Assembly: GCF_902713615.1 (NCBI RefSeq)
Contig: NC_052162.1
Coordinates: 128,860,653 to 128,924,652, forward strand
Reading direction: 5' to 3'
From: Scyliorhinus canicula
Taxonomy: Eukaryota
Length of the DNA stretch: 64,000 nucleotides
The notes under the pieces were generated by a model. It had not been told where the DNA came from, searched no databases, and saw nothing but the letters and a program-made list of their open reading frames with translations. Positions 14,045 to 27,560 of this stretch are shown here, piece by piece (positions within the stretch are counted from its first letter, which is position 1; each line of letters begins with the position of its first letter). Both the position numbers and the translations under genes were made by a program.

Positions 14045-16503
14045 GGTTAGATACAGAGTAAAGCTCCCTCTACACTGTCCCCATCAAACACTGCCAGGGC
14101 AGGTACAGCACAGGGTTAGATACAGAGTAAAGCTCCCTCTACACTGTCCCCATCAAAAACTCCCAGGACAGGTACAGCACGGGGTTAGATACAGAGTAAA
14201 GCTCCCTCTACACTGTCCCCATCAAAAACTCCCAGGACAGGGACAGCACGGGGTTAGATACAGAGTAAAGCTCCCTCTACACTGTCCCCATCAAACACTC
14301 CCAGGACAGGTACAGCACGGGGTTAGATACAGAGTAAAGCTCCCTCTACACTGTCCCCATCAAACACTCCCAGGACAGGAGCAGCACGGGGTTAGATACA
14401 GAGTAAAGCTCCCTCTACACTGTCCCCATCAAACACTCCCAGGACAGGTACAGCACGGGGTTAGATACAGAGTAAAGCTCCCTCTACACTGTCCCCATCA
14501 AACACTCCCAGGACAGGAGCAGCACGGGGTTAGATACAGAGTAAAGTTCCCTCTACACTGTCCCCATCAAACACTCCCAGGACAGGTACAGCACGGGGTT
14601 AGATACAGAGTAAAGCTCCCTCTACACTGTCCCCATCAAACACTCCCAGGACAGGTACAGCACGGGGTTAGATACAGAGTAAAGCTCCCTCTACACTGTC
14701 CCCATCAAACACTCCCAGGACAGGGACAGCACGGGGTAGATACAGAGTAAAGCTCCCTCTACTCTGTCCCCATCAAACACTCCCAGGACAGGTACAGCAC
14801 AGGGTTAGATACAGAGTAAAGCTCCCTCTACACTGTCCCCATCAAACACTCCCAGGACAGGAGCAGCACGGGGTTAGATACAGAGTAAAGTTCCCTCTAC
14901 ACTGTCCCCATCAAACACTCCCAGGACAGGTACAGCACGGGGTTAGATACAGAGTAAAGCTCCCTCTACACTGTCCCCATCAAACACTCCCAGGACAGGT
15001 ACAGCACGGGGTTAGATACAGAGTAAAGCTCCCTCTACACTGTCCCCATCAAACACTCCCAGGACAGGGACAGCACGGGGTTAGATACAGAGTAAAGCTC
15101 CCTCTACACTGTCCCCATCAAACACTCCCAGGACAGGTACAGCACGGGGTTAGATACAGAGTAAACCTCCCTCTACACTGTCCCCCATCAAACACTCCCA
15201 GGACAGGTACAGCACGGGGTTAGATACAGAGTAAAGCTCCCTCTACACTGTCCCCATCAAACACTCCCAGGACAGGTACAGCACGGGGTTAGATACAGAG
15301 TAAAGCTCCCTCTACACTGTCCCCCATCAAACACTCCCAGGACAGGTACAGCACGGGGTTAGATACAGAGTAAAGCTCCCTCTACTCTGTCCCCATCAAA
15401 CACTCCCAGGACAGGTACAGCACAGGGTTAGATACAGAGTAAAGCTCCCTCTACACCGTCCCCATCAAACACTCCCAGGACAGGTACAGCACGGGGTTAG
15501 ATACAGAGTAAAGCTCCCTCTACACTGTCCCCATCAAACACTCCCAGGACAGGTACAGCACGGGGTTAGATACAGAGTAAAGCTCCCTCTACACTGTCCC
15601 CATCAAACACTCCCAGGACAGGAGCAGCACGGGGTTAGATACAGAGTAAAGTTCCCTCTACACTGTCCCCATCAAACACTCCCAGGACAGGTACAGCACG
15701 GGGTTAGATACAGAGTAAAGCTCCCTCTACACTGTCCCCATCAAACACTCCCAGGACAGGTACAGCACGGGGTTAGATACAGAGTAAGCTCCCTCTACAC
15801 TGTCCCCATCAAACACTCCCAGGACAGGGACAGCACGGGGTTAGATACAGAGTAAAGCTCCCTCTACTCTGTCCCCATCAAACACTCCCAGGACAGGTAC
15901 AGCACAGGGTTAGATACAGAGTAAAGCTCCCTCTACACTGTCCCCATCAAACACTCCCAGGACAGGAGCAGCACGGGGTTAGATACAGAGTAAAGTTCCC
16001 TCTACACTGTCCCCATCAAACACTCCCAGGACAGGTACAGCACGGGGTTAGATACAGAGTAAAGCTCCCTCTACACTGTCCCCATCAAACACTCCCAGGA
16101 CAGGTACAGCACGGGGTTAGATACAGAGTAAAGCTCCCTCTACACTGTCCCCATCAAACACTCCCAGGACAGGAGCAGCACGGGGTTAGATACAGAGTAA
16201 AGTTCCCTCTACACTGTCCCCATCAAACACTCCCAGGACAGGTACAGCACGGGGTTAGATACAGAGTAAAGCTCCCTCTACACTGTCCCCATCAAACACT
16301 CCCAGGACAGGTACAGCACGGGGTTAGATACAGAGTAAAGCTCCCTCTACACTGTCCCCATCAAACACTCCCAGGACAGGGACAGCACGGGGTTAGATAC
16401 AGAGTAAAGCTCCCTCTACACCGTCCCCATCAAACACTCCCAGGACAGGTACAGCACGGGGTTAGATACAGAGTAAAGCTCCCTCTACACTATCCCCGTC
16501 AAA
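14045..16503. repeat. 69-bp tandem array (about 35 copies) in hnRNP C-like intron 4
   Basis: Unit gggttagatacagagtaaagctccctctacactgtccccatcaaacactcccaggacaggtacagcacg; 23-aa period in the ORF track. Confidence 0.97.
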
Positions 16504-16514
16504 TAAATTTAGGT

Positions 16515-17780
16515 CGATCGCTGGCTGTGGTATGGAATGGTTGTGGCTGTTTCTTAGCCACATTTAAAACATTTTTAAAAATTAATTGACGGGATTTGGA
16601 CTTCGCTGGTTAGGCCAGCATTTATTGCCCATCCCTAGTTGCCCTTCAGAAGGTGGTGGTGAGTTGCCTCTTGAACCGCTGCAGTCATTGAGGTGTAGGT
16701 ACACCCACAGTGCTGTTAGGGAGGGAGTTTCAGGATTTTGCGACAGTGATGGAATGGTGATATATTTCCAAGTTAGGATGGTGAGTGATTTGGAGGGGAA
16801 CCTCCAAGTGTGGGTTCCCAAGTATCTGCTGCCCCCTTGTCCTTCTAGATGGTAGAGGTGGTGGGTTTGGAAGGTGCTGTCGAAGGAGCCTTGGTGAGTG
16901 GCTGCGGTGCATCTTGTAGATGGTACACACACTGCTGCCGCTGTGCGTCGGTGGTGGAGGGAGTGAATGTTTGTGGATGGGGTGCCGATCAAAGCGGGGG
17001 TGCTTTGTCCTGGATGGTGTTGAGCTTCTCGAGTGTTGTCGGAGCCGCACTCATCCAGGCAAGTGGAGAGAATCCCATCACACTCCTGACTTGGGCTTTG
17101 TAGATGGTGGACAGGCTTTGGGGGGGGTCAAGAGGTGAGTTACTCGCTGGAGGATTTATAACCTTTGACCTTCCCTGATAGCCATATTAATTCTGTGGCT
17201 AATCCAATTAAGTTTCTGATTAACGGTAACCCCCATTGTGCGGTATTCAGCGATGGTAATGCCATTGAATGTCAAGGGATGGTGGTTAGATTCTCTCTTG
17301 TTGGAGATGGTCATTGCCTGGCACTTGTGCGACATGAATGTAGCTTGTCAGCCCAAGCCTGGATATTGTCCAGGTCTTGCTGCATTTGGACACGGACTGC
17401 TTCATTATCTGAGGAATTGCGAATGGTGCTGAACATTGTGCAGTCATCTGCAAACATCCCCACTTCTGACCTTATGATGGACGGAAGGTTGATGAAGCAG
17501 CTGAAGATGGTTGGGCCTCGGACACTACCCTGTGGAACCCCTGCAGTGATGTCCTGGAGTTAAGATGATTGACCTTCAAACACCACAACCATCTTCCTTT
17601 GTGCCAGGTATGACTCCACCAGCGGAGAGTTTTCCCCCTGGTTCCAATTGAGCCCAGTTTAGCTGGGGCTCCTCGCCTCTGACATTCAGCTCTTTTGTCC
17701 ATGTTTGAACCAAGGCTGTAATGAGGTCAGGAGCTAAGTGACCCTGGCGGAACCCAAACTGAGCACCCGTGAGCAGGTTA
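16515..17780 (-). mobile_element. CR1-like LINE fragments with a Deu-SINE-type 3' tail
   Basis: GAQFGFRQGHLAPDLITALVQTWTKEL; tail gggcaattagggatgggcaataaatgctgg. Confidence 0.7.
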
Positions 17781-17788
17781 GTGTGTAG

Positions 17789-18175
<387 letters not shown>

Positions 18176-18409
18176 TAGCTGACATTTCAGACTTCAGCCC
18201 AATCCCTATACCTGCAACCCCCCCTCCCCCAAGCGAAACTCCTGTCAGGTACACAAAATTGCTCCATCCGCCCTGGTATATATGTTAAGGAGATGTCCTT
18301 GCCCCCCTCACCCTCGCAGTCCCTTCACCATTGCCACCCCTATCCCTCTGACTGCCCCTTCCCCCTCTCACAGACCTTCCAAAGAAGTACGCACGTCCAC
18401 CCATCTTTC

Positions 18410-19265
18410 CTTTTTTTTAAAATAATTTTTATTGGAATTTTTTACAGAAAATATAAAAATATAACAACAAGTATAGCAACAAGCAGTAATATGCAACTAA
18501 CAGCCCCATAACACCCACAATTCCCCCCATACCGTAACATGTATCACACCCCCCCCCCCCCAACAAGAGAACTTAACCATAAATTAAAATTAAATAAATC
18601 AAATTTAAATAAAATAAGCAAACATAATCAACGTCCCCCCCAACCCCCTCGGGTTGCTGCTGCTACTGTCCCAGTACCCTATCGTTGAGCCAGAAAGTCG
18701 AGGAAAGGTTGCCACCGTTTAAAGAACCCTTGCACCGATCCTCTCAGGGCGAATTTAACCTTCTCAAGCTTAATGAAACCCGCCATGTCATTGATCCAGG
18801 TCTCCACGCTTGGGGGCCTCGCGTCCTTCCACTGTAGCAAAATCCTTCGCCGGGCTACTAGGGACGCAAAGGCCAGCACACCGGCCTCTTTCGCCTCCTG
18901 CACTCCCGGCTCTACCCCAACCCTAAAGATCGCAAGTCCCCATCCTGGCTTGACCCTGGATCCCACCACCCTTGACACGGTCCTCGCCACCCCCTTCCAG
19001 AACTCCTCCAATGCCGGGCATGCCCAGAACATATGGGCATGGTTCGCTGGACTCCCCGAGCACCTGACACACCTATCTTCACCCCTAAAGAGCCTACTCA
19101 TCCTCGTCCCAGTCATGTGGGCCCTATGCAGCACCTTGAATTGGATGAGGCTAAGCCGCGCACACGAGGAGGAAGAATTTACCCTCTCCAGGGCATCAGC
19201 CCATGTCCCGTCTTCGATCTGTTCCCCCAGTTCCCCCTCCCACTTCGTTTTCAGCTCCTCTACTA
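18410..19265 (-). mobile_element. 5'-truncated L1/Tx1-clade LINE (ORF2 C-terminal Cys-rich domain, 3' UTR, A-rich tail)
   Basis: DRCVRC...NHAHMFWAC...LLQWKD..PP.VETW motif; T-rich tail on + near 18410. Confidence 0.85.
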
Positions 19266-19460
19266 ACTTCTACCTCCTGCATAACCTTGTAGATATCGGA
19301 TATCTTCCCCATCCCGACCCAGACCCCCGAGAGCACCCTGTCACTCACCCTCCTCGCGGGGAACACCCATCTTTCCTAACCGCCTGGCGGCCTTCCCGAC
19401 ACCCCACAAGCGGTGCTGAAGGACGTTGACTTTCAACTGCCTTTTTCTTACTCTGGGTAG

Positions 19461-19582
19461 AGATCAAGAGTGACAAAACCGATGAGGGGAGCAGCAGCAA
19501 AGCGGGGAGCGAATCCAAGAAAGCCGAGAGCGAGGGGACCGGCGAGGAAGGCGACCCCCTGGAGGATGAAGAGGAAGAGCAG
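19461..19582 (+). CDS. HNRNPC: hnRNP C-like coding exon 6 (acidic tail)
   Basis: EIKSDKTDEGSSSKAGSESKKAESEGTGEEGDPLEDEEEEQ in the expected phase; tag acceptor, GTAC donor at 19583; no stop, so a further exon is needed. Confidence 0.8.
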
Positions 19583-19874
19583 GTACGAGCCAGAGGTCCT
19601 CTATCTTTGGACAGGGTGTCCGGCCGTGCAGGTTGAGGTGGGCCATCACAGTGGAATGATTCCTGGCCTTTGCTAGGAAGGGGGTGTCGGATAATATTGT
19701 TACGACACCCTGGACTAGTGCGCGGTCAATTCCAGCCCACTGGTCACAACACAGATGAATTCACCAATAATTCTTATAAAAATAACCGACGTCTTTGGCC
19801 CTTGGCTGCCCAATAACTACAGTCACCGGGTTTTGTAAATGTAAACACAGTTACTGTTTATTTATAACAAGAAC

Positions 19875-21117
19875 ATAGATACATAGAAAATAGGAGCAGG
19901 AGGAGGCCTTTTGGCCCTTCGAGCCTGCTCCGCCATTCATCACGATCATGGCTGATCATCCAACTCAATAGCCTAATCCTGCTTTCTCCCCGTAGCCTTT
20001 GATTCCATTCTCCCCAAGTGCTATATCCAGCCGCCTCTTGAATATATTCAATGTTTTAGCATCAACTACTTCCTGTGGTAATGAATTCCACAGGCTCACC
20101 ACTCTTTAGGTGAAGAAATGTCTCCTTATCTCTGTCCGAAATGGTTCACCCTGAATCCCCAGGCTGTGACCCCTGATTCTGGACACATCCACCATGGGGA
20201 ACACCCTCCCTGCATCTACCCTGCCTCGTCCTGTTAGAATTTTATACGTCTCTATGAGATCCCCCCTCATTCTTCTGAACTCCACTGAGAACATTTCTAA
20301 CCTAGTCAATCTCCCCTCATATGACAGTCCCGCCATCCCTGGAATCAGCCTGGTAAACCTTCGCTATGCTCCCTCGAGAGCAAGAACATCCTTCCTCAGA
20401 AAAGGAGACCAAAACTGCTCACAATATTCTAGGTGTGGCCTCACCAAGGCCCTGGATAATTGCAGCAACACATCCCTGCTTCTGTACTCGAAACCTCTCA
20501 ATGAAGCCAACATACCATTCGCCTTCTTTACCGCCTGCTGGACCTGCATGCTTACCTTCAGTGATTGGTACACAAGGACACCCAGGTCCCGCTGCACACT
20601 CCCCTCTCCCAATTTACAACCGTTCAGGTCGTAATCTGCCTTCCTGTTTTTGCTTCCAAAGGGAATAACCTCACATTTATCCAAATTATACTGCATCTGC
20701 CTTTGGTTTGCCCACTCGCCCAACCTATCCAGATCATGCTGTAGGATCCCTGCATCCTCATCACAATTCACCCTCCCAACCAACTTGGTATCATCTGCAA
20801 ACTTATGTTACATTTTGTTCCCTCATCCAAATCATTAATTTATATTGTGAATAGCTGGAGTCCCAGCACCGATCCCTGTGGTACCCCACTAGTTACTGCC
20901 TGCCAATTTGAAAAGGACCCATTAATTTCTACTCTTTGTTTCCTCTCTGCTAACCAGTTTTCTATCCACCTCAATACGCTTCCCCCAATCCCATGCACTT
21001 TAATTTTCCACAATAATCTCTTCTGCGGGACTTTTCCAAACGTCTTCTGAAAGTCCAAATATACCACATCAACTGGCTCCCCCTTGTCAACTGTACTGGT
21101 TACATCTTCAAAGAATT
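19875..21117 (-). mobile_element. CR1 LINE 3' part (RT) running into the gap
   Basis: VDVVYLDFQKTFGKVP, VTSGVPQGSVLG, LVRPHLEYCEQFWSP. Confidence 0.92.
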
Positions 21118-21617
21118 NNNNNNNNNNNNNNNNNNNNNNNNNNNNNNNNNNNNNNNNNNNNNNNNNNNNNNNNNNNNNNNNNNNNNNNNNNNNNNNNNNN
21201 NNNNNNNNNNNNNNNNNNNNNNNNNNNNNNNNNNNNNNNNNNNNNNNNNNNNNNNNNNNNNNNNNNNNNNNNNNNNNNNNNNNNNNNNNNNNNNNNNNNN
21301 NNNNNNNNNNNNNNNNNNNNNNNNNNNNNNNNNNNNNNNNNNNNNNNNNNNNNNNNNNNNNNNNNNNNNNNNNNNNNNNNNNNNNNNNNNNNNNNNNNNN
21401 NNNNNNNNNNNNNNNNNNNNNNNNNNNNNNNNNNNNNNNNNNNNNNNNNNNNNNNNNNNNNNNNNNNNNNNNNNNNNNNNNNNNNNNNNNNNNNNNNNNN
21501 NNNNNNNNNNNNNNNNNNNNNNNNNNNNNNNNNNNNNNNNNNNNNNNNNNNNNNNNNNNNNNNNNNNNNNNNNNNNNNNNNNNNNNNNNNNNNNNNNNNN
21601 NNNNNNNNNNNNNNNNN
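21118..21617. other. Assembly gap (500 N)
   Basis: Run of n. Confidence 1.
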
Positions 21618-21930
21618 ACATCCACCTCCCTCTCCCACATCCACCTCCCCTTCCCCACATCCACCTCCCTCCCTCACATCCACCTCCCTCCCTCACATCC
21701 ACCTCCCTCCCTCACATCCACCTCCCTCCCTCACATCCACCTCCCTCCCTCACATCCACCTCCCTCCCCCACATCCACCTCCCTCCCTCACATCCACCTC
21801 CCTCCCCCACATCCACCTCCCTCCCTCCCCTCCACCTCCCTCCCCCACATCCACCTCCCTCCCCCACATCCACCTCCCTCCCTCCCCTCCACCTCCCTCC
21901 CTCACATCCACCTCCCTCCCTCACATCCAT
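21618..21930. repeat. About 19-bp C-rich tandem repeat (catccacctccctccctca) next to the gap
   Basis: Visible tandem units. Confidence 0.9.
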
Positions 21931-21954
21931 CTTACATTTCGACAAACATGTAAG

Positions 21955-22830
21955 GAGCTGTACCTGGCCCTCCACGGAGCCTTCCTGGCCATCACCAGGC
22001 AGGCAGATGGTGGGGAGGACGTCTTGTCGAAGCGAGGAACTTACCGATGCTCCACAATGCCATCAGTGTTGTGTTCTGTACTCTGGGAGAACACAGGCTG
22101 CAACTCGATGCAGCTTTGACCAAAAGATACCCAAGGCTTTGAAGTAAGTTCACTGTAATTTATTGAACCATTAGCACAGTTCTCTAGGAGTTCGACTCTC
22201 CTGCTAATCTTGCTATAGTAACTCAGTCCATTGGGCGGTCAAGACACCCAGAGGTGACACTACCACAAGGGGGCATTACACAACCCATATATAAGGACAG
22301 GGCACACATACTCTGTCTCTTTCCACAGGCGACACTAAGAGAGTAGGGCAGGGGCAGATCAGAAGCATCACACCCACCACGTGGCTTAGAGCAGACTGGT
22401 TAGTTAGACTGAGTTACTGTAGCAAGATTAGCAAGAGCTAATCTTGGTCAAAGCTGCATTGAGGCAACCAGATACCAGGCAAAGAAATCTCTCTAATGGC
22501 CCCCCATGCATGCGGACATGGAGAGGGAAGTATCCAGATGTGTGCATCGCACAATGCACTCGACACAAGAGCCACCGCATCTAAAAGAGCTCCCGGACCT
22601 CCCACGGCCGTCGATATTTTCGAATGGAGCTGCAGCCAGCACTTGGTCTCTTTGCTCGGTTTCCTCTAAACCTACCAGACGTAAAGAGCAACACGGTCAT
22701 AATCAAGCTGCAGAGACACTTCAGCAGCTTCGCCATTCCCTCACGGGATAACAAAGGACAATGCTCACTAAGTTCGTCTCCGGGGATTTCGAGAACATTT
22801 CACCCAGGTGTGGACTTTGAGCGCATTAAC
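21955..22830 (+). mobile_element. Degraded Gypsy integrase remnant with an LTR-like insert (about 22070-22440)
   Basis: DMEREVSRC... and LPDVKSNTVIIKLQRHFSSFAIP resemble the integrase zinc-binding and core regions. Confidence 0.55.
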
Positions 22831-24869
22831 TGAGGCACGGTAGCACAGTGGTCAGCACAGCTGCTTCACAGCGCCAGGGCCCCAGGTTCGATTCCCCGCT
22901 GGGTCACTGTGCGGAGTCAGCACCTTCTCCCCGTGTCTGCGTGGGTTTACTCTGGGTGCTCCAGTTTCCTCCCACAGGTCCAAAGATAATAATCGCTTAT
23001 TGTCACGAGCAGGCTTCAAAATGAAGTTACTGTGAAAAGCTCCTAGTCGCCACATTCCGGCGCCTGTTCGGGGAGGCTGTTACGGGAATTGAACCCGCGC
23101 TGCTGGCCTTGTTCTGCATGACAAGCCAGCTGTTTAGCCCACTGTGCAGCTTAGGTGGATTGGCCGTGCTAAATTGCCCCTTTGTGTCCAAAACAAAGGT
23201 CAGAGGTTACTGGGTTACGACGATAGGGTGGAGGTGTGGGCTTAAATAGGATAGGTCTTTCCAAGGTATGGTGCAGACTCGATGGGCTGAATGGCCTCCT
23301 TCTGCACTGTACATTCTACGGCCTGGCGGAACGGGCGGTTCGCCCAAACAAGCGCCCAAGACCTCGCTGGTCCCTTTGCTGTGTTCGCCGGCCTGCCCAA
23401 TGTGCAGGGACTCGGCCCTGGGCCCGCCCTCTTCAGCACAGCCGACCAGTTCTCCCGGCACACCGGGACCGTGACCCCCCCCCCCCCCCGCCGGCGAGAT
23501 CACCGCTGCCAAGGCCCTCCCCTGCAACCGAACATGGAGAGCAAACGCGAGTGACTCCCCCTCGCGAAGCAGCGATGAAGAGGAAAGAGGTACTCCGATC
23601 GAGACGCTGGTAGGCTCTGCCCTATGGAGAATGGACAAACAGTCAGGATGCAGTCCGCACGCGGCCATGAAAGACGTGCTGTTGGGTGAATTGGACATTC
23701 TGAATTCTCCCTCTGTGACCCGGACAGGCTCCGGAATGTGGCGACTGGGGGATTCTCACAGTAACTTCATTGCAGTGTTAATGTCAGCCTACTTGTGACA
23801 ATAAAGATTATTATGATTATTCTTAAACCCCCCCCCCCCAGTTCAAGGGCAATTAGGGACAGGCAATGAAGCCTGGGCCCAGCCAACGAGCCCCCACATC
23901 CCATGAACCAATTTTTGAAGAAACGGAAGTGACTCAATACTGAGGGGCGGGGGGGGGAGGGGGGCTTGAGGCGGATCGGTTGAAGTTTGGTGCGGTTGAT
24001 CAGTGGAGGATTGCATCCATGAGTGGCCCATTTTGAGTGTGCGGCCACATTAGGAGCGGTTTTTATTTTGGTTCATGACCAGGTTTGCGGTTGAGACTGA
24101 ATTCCCGTGTCCGTGTGAGTTTGTGCTTTATGGAAACCTCAGGGTGAAGTACGGGGCAGTAAGGGTAACCGGGCGCTCGAGCGATGGGCAGCAAATGCAC
24201 CAAACTACACGGCCGGTTCTAAGTTTCCGAAGGCTTGTTGGAGCCGCCACTCAGCCAGAAGATTGGCGGCCTCGACGCCGGGGTTGGTACCCGAGGGGAA
24301 GCCGCACTGTCGTCTGTGGTTGGGAGGGGGCATCTTTCGGACGAGACGTTGATCCGTGGGCACGGATGATCCATGAGAGACTTCATCCCCTTCTCTTACA
24401 GCCAACTCCCCCCCCCCCCCACCCCCACTCCCACCCCCAAACATCGCTGTTTGTTGGGTTCCTGCGCATGCTGTAGGCCGTGCCTCCTCGGTGACGTTAC
24501 ACGGTCCAAAACTGCGTACCGTGTCATCGAGCAGGGGAGGGTTCCTGGGAACCATAAATACCAGTGCCCTCCAAGAATTTGGACTGGGAGCAGGAGGTGG
24601 GGTGGTGGGGAAGTGACATGCACGCCAAGACTAGAAACCCTCATGTGAGAGACAAGGAGGAAGACAGGACTTTAGACAAGATTGGTCAGCCCACAGTGTT
24701 CACTGAGGTCTGGTTGTGTAGTTCAGAAATCCATGGGCTCTACCTTGGTCACATCTGCCATTTATTGTACAGTATAGTGAGTTGGAGCACAGGTTTTTCA
24801 GTCAATTCACATTTACCTCATGCTAATTAATTGAGATGCCATGCTGGGGTTCGATCAGAAGACTTAGGA

Positions 24870-25600
24870 GCAAAAGTCAGTCTTTCGGCCCATCGATCTG
24901 CTCCGCCCATTCAGTGAGATTGTGACTGATCCGATGTGCTAATCCTCAACTCCCGCCTTATCCCCATAAACCCTCGATTCCCTCACTGATTAAAAATCTG
25001 TCTGTCTCGGCCTTGAACATACTTAACGGCCCAGCCTCTCCAGCTCTCTGCGGGAAAGAATTCCACACATTCCCCACCCTCCGAGAGGGGAAATTCCTCC
25101 TCATCTCTGTCTGAAATGGGGCGGCCCCCTTACTCTGAGATTCTGCCCTCTGGTCCCAGACTCTCCCACAAGAGGAAACATCCTCTCAGCATCGACCCTG
25201 TCGAGCCCCCTGAGAATCCGGTCTGTCTCAATAAGGTCGCCTCTCATTCTGCTAAACTCCAATGAGGACAGGCCCCAACCTACTCAACCTCTCCTCGTAA
25301 GGAAATCCCTCCCTACCCGGGATCAACCGAGTGAACCTTCTCGGGACAGCCTCCAATGCCGGGATATCGTCCCTTAGATAAGGGGAACAAACTGTTCACA
25401 GTATTCCAGGTGTGATCTAACTGGTGCCGTGTATAGTTTAAACAGGAATTCCCTATTTTTATATCCCATTCCCTTTGAAATAAAGGCCAACATCCCATTT
25501 CCCTTCCCAATTACCTGCTGAACCTGCGCGCTATTTATGCACCAGGACACCCAAATCCCTCTGAGCTGCAGCTTTCTGCCGTCTGTCTCCATTTAAATCA
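24870..25600 (-). mobile_element. CR1 LINE 3' fragment
   Basis: GKGNGMLAFISKGMGYKNRE...VRSHLEYCEQF. Confidence 0.8.
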
Positions 25601-26699
25601 TATTCAGCTCCTGGTGGCAGCACGGTGGCCTAGTGGTTAGCGCTGCTGTCTCACGGCGCCGAGGTCCCGGGTTCGATCCCGGCCCTGGGTCACTGTCCGT
25701 GCGGAGTTCGCACGTTCTCCCCGTGTCTGCGTGGGTTTCGCCCCCACAACCCAAAAGATGTGGATTGGCCACTCTAAATTGCCCCTGAATTGGAAAAGAA
25801 ATAATTGGGTATTCGACATTGATGGAAAAAAAATACTCAGCCCCTTTAAAAAAAAATCGCTTATTGTCACGAGTAGGCTTCAAATGAAGTTACTGTGAAA
25901 AGCCCCTAGTCGCCACATTCCGGCGCCTGTTCGGGGAGGCTGATACGGGAATCGAACCGTGCTGCTGGCCTGCTTGGTCTGCTTTAAAAGCCTGCGATTT
26001 AGCCCAGTGTGCTAAACCAGCCCCTTTCTTCTTCCTACGAAAGTGCACAGTGTCACATTTTCCTATTTATGTGCCGTCTGCCAGGTTTTAGCCCACCCTC
26101 CTAACCTGTCTGTGTCCCTCTGTCGACTCTTTGTGTCATCCTCACCACTTTGCCTTCCCACCTGTTTTCGAGTGCACATCCCCAGGGCTTTCCCCTGGGC
26201 CCCTCTGGGTTACTCGTCCGAATGTCCGAGTGACAGAACCATCCCACTCCCTGCCCCCCCCCCCCCCCCCCCCCCCCCCAGCAAAATCGACTGTGATATA
26301 CAAGCTAAAGAATGTAAGCCTTCCTTTCATTATCCTCCATTCCAGTTTCCACTCCATCCTTTTTGACGGGGGCAGGTAAATCTTCTCACAGCTGAAGAGT
26401 TTTAAACAATGATGCAATGGACACCGGGGGCCACTTCAAAAGGGGCAACGCGTCGCTTTACCTTTTGACGAGCCTTGCTTCCTCGCCCCCCCCCCCCCCC
26501 CCCCGACACCATCGACCTCGGCACGGGTTATAATTGGAGTGAAACCACCTCGGGTACTCCCCCTCCGATGAAAATAGTCGGGCTGTTTCCCTTCAGAACT
26601 GGCCACGCACGCTGGCTGACCAGTGATGGAGAAGTGAAACTCTCTGTATCTTCCCCCCCCCCGCCCCGCCACCTGTGTTTTGCCGCTCTCCCATGTGCA

Positions 26700-27560
26700 A
26701 CCTGCCTCTCTCTCTCTCTCTCTCTCATTCTGACTTTGTATCTGTTTGTGTCTCTCCCTCTGTCTCAGTCTTTTTCTGTCTCTCTCTCTCTCTGTGTCTC
26801 CATTTCTGCTTCACCCTCTTTCAGTGTGTTTCTCTCTCTGATCATCTCTGCCTCGTTCTGTCTTTCTCTTTTTTTCTCCGTGTCTGCCTCTCTCTGTCAG
26901 TCTGTCTGACCACTCTCTGTCAGTCTGTCTCTCTGTCCATCTCTCTCTATGCCCATCTCACTCTCTTCATCTGTCCATCTCTCTGCTCTCTCTCTCACTC
27001 TGTGTCTCTCGCTCTGTCTCTCTCACTCTGCCTGTCCATCTCACTCTCTCGGTCTGTCTGTCCATTCTCTCTCAGTTTGTCTGTCCATCTCGCTCTCTCT
27101 CTCTTTGTCTGTCTGTCCAAATCTCTCTCTGCCTCTCTATCCATCTCTCGCTCTCTCTCTCTGTCCATCTCATTCTGTCTGTCCATCTCACTCCCTCTCT
27201 GTCTGTCTGTCCATCTCTATCTGCCCATCTCTGCCTCTCTGTCCATCTCTCTCACTCTCTGCCTCGCTGTTTGTCTGTCCATCTCTGTCTGTGTCCAGCT
27301 CTCCATCTATCTGACCATCTCTACCCCCATTTGTCTGTCCATCGCTCTCTCTCTCTGTCTGTCCATCTTTTTGTCCATCTCTCTGTCCATCACTCTCTGT
27401 CTGTCCATTTCTCTCTCCCTCTGTCCATCTCTCTGTCTGTCTGTCCATCTCTGTCTGTCCTCTTTCTCTCTGTCTGTTCCTCGCGCTCTTTCTCTCTCTG
27501 TGCCTGTTACCCTCTCTCTGTTCCTCTCTCTCTCTCTCTCTCTGCCTCTCTCGCTCTGTC
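26700..27560. repeat. CT-rich degenerate microsatellite (paralogous tract at about 54350-55060)
   Basis: (ct)n and ctgt tracts. Confidence 0.9.

Noticed and set aside
13719-14750. 343-aa ORF
   Set aside because: Only 13826-13977 is a real exon; the rest is intron and 69-bp array.
14045-16503. CRISPR-like regular repeat
   Set aside because: Head-to-tail units with no unique spacers; eukaryotic context; no cas genes.
21955-22070. ELYLALHGAF... as the last hnRNP C exon
   Set aside because: Weak acceptor, not acidic, and it lies in Gypsy integrase-like decayed sequence.
26520-26580. MRPL52-like motifs (NWSETTSGTPPPMK; also WRLQQ at about 24245)
   Set aside because: Short chance-level matches on different strands with no splice support.
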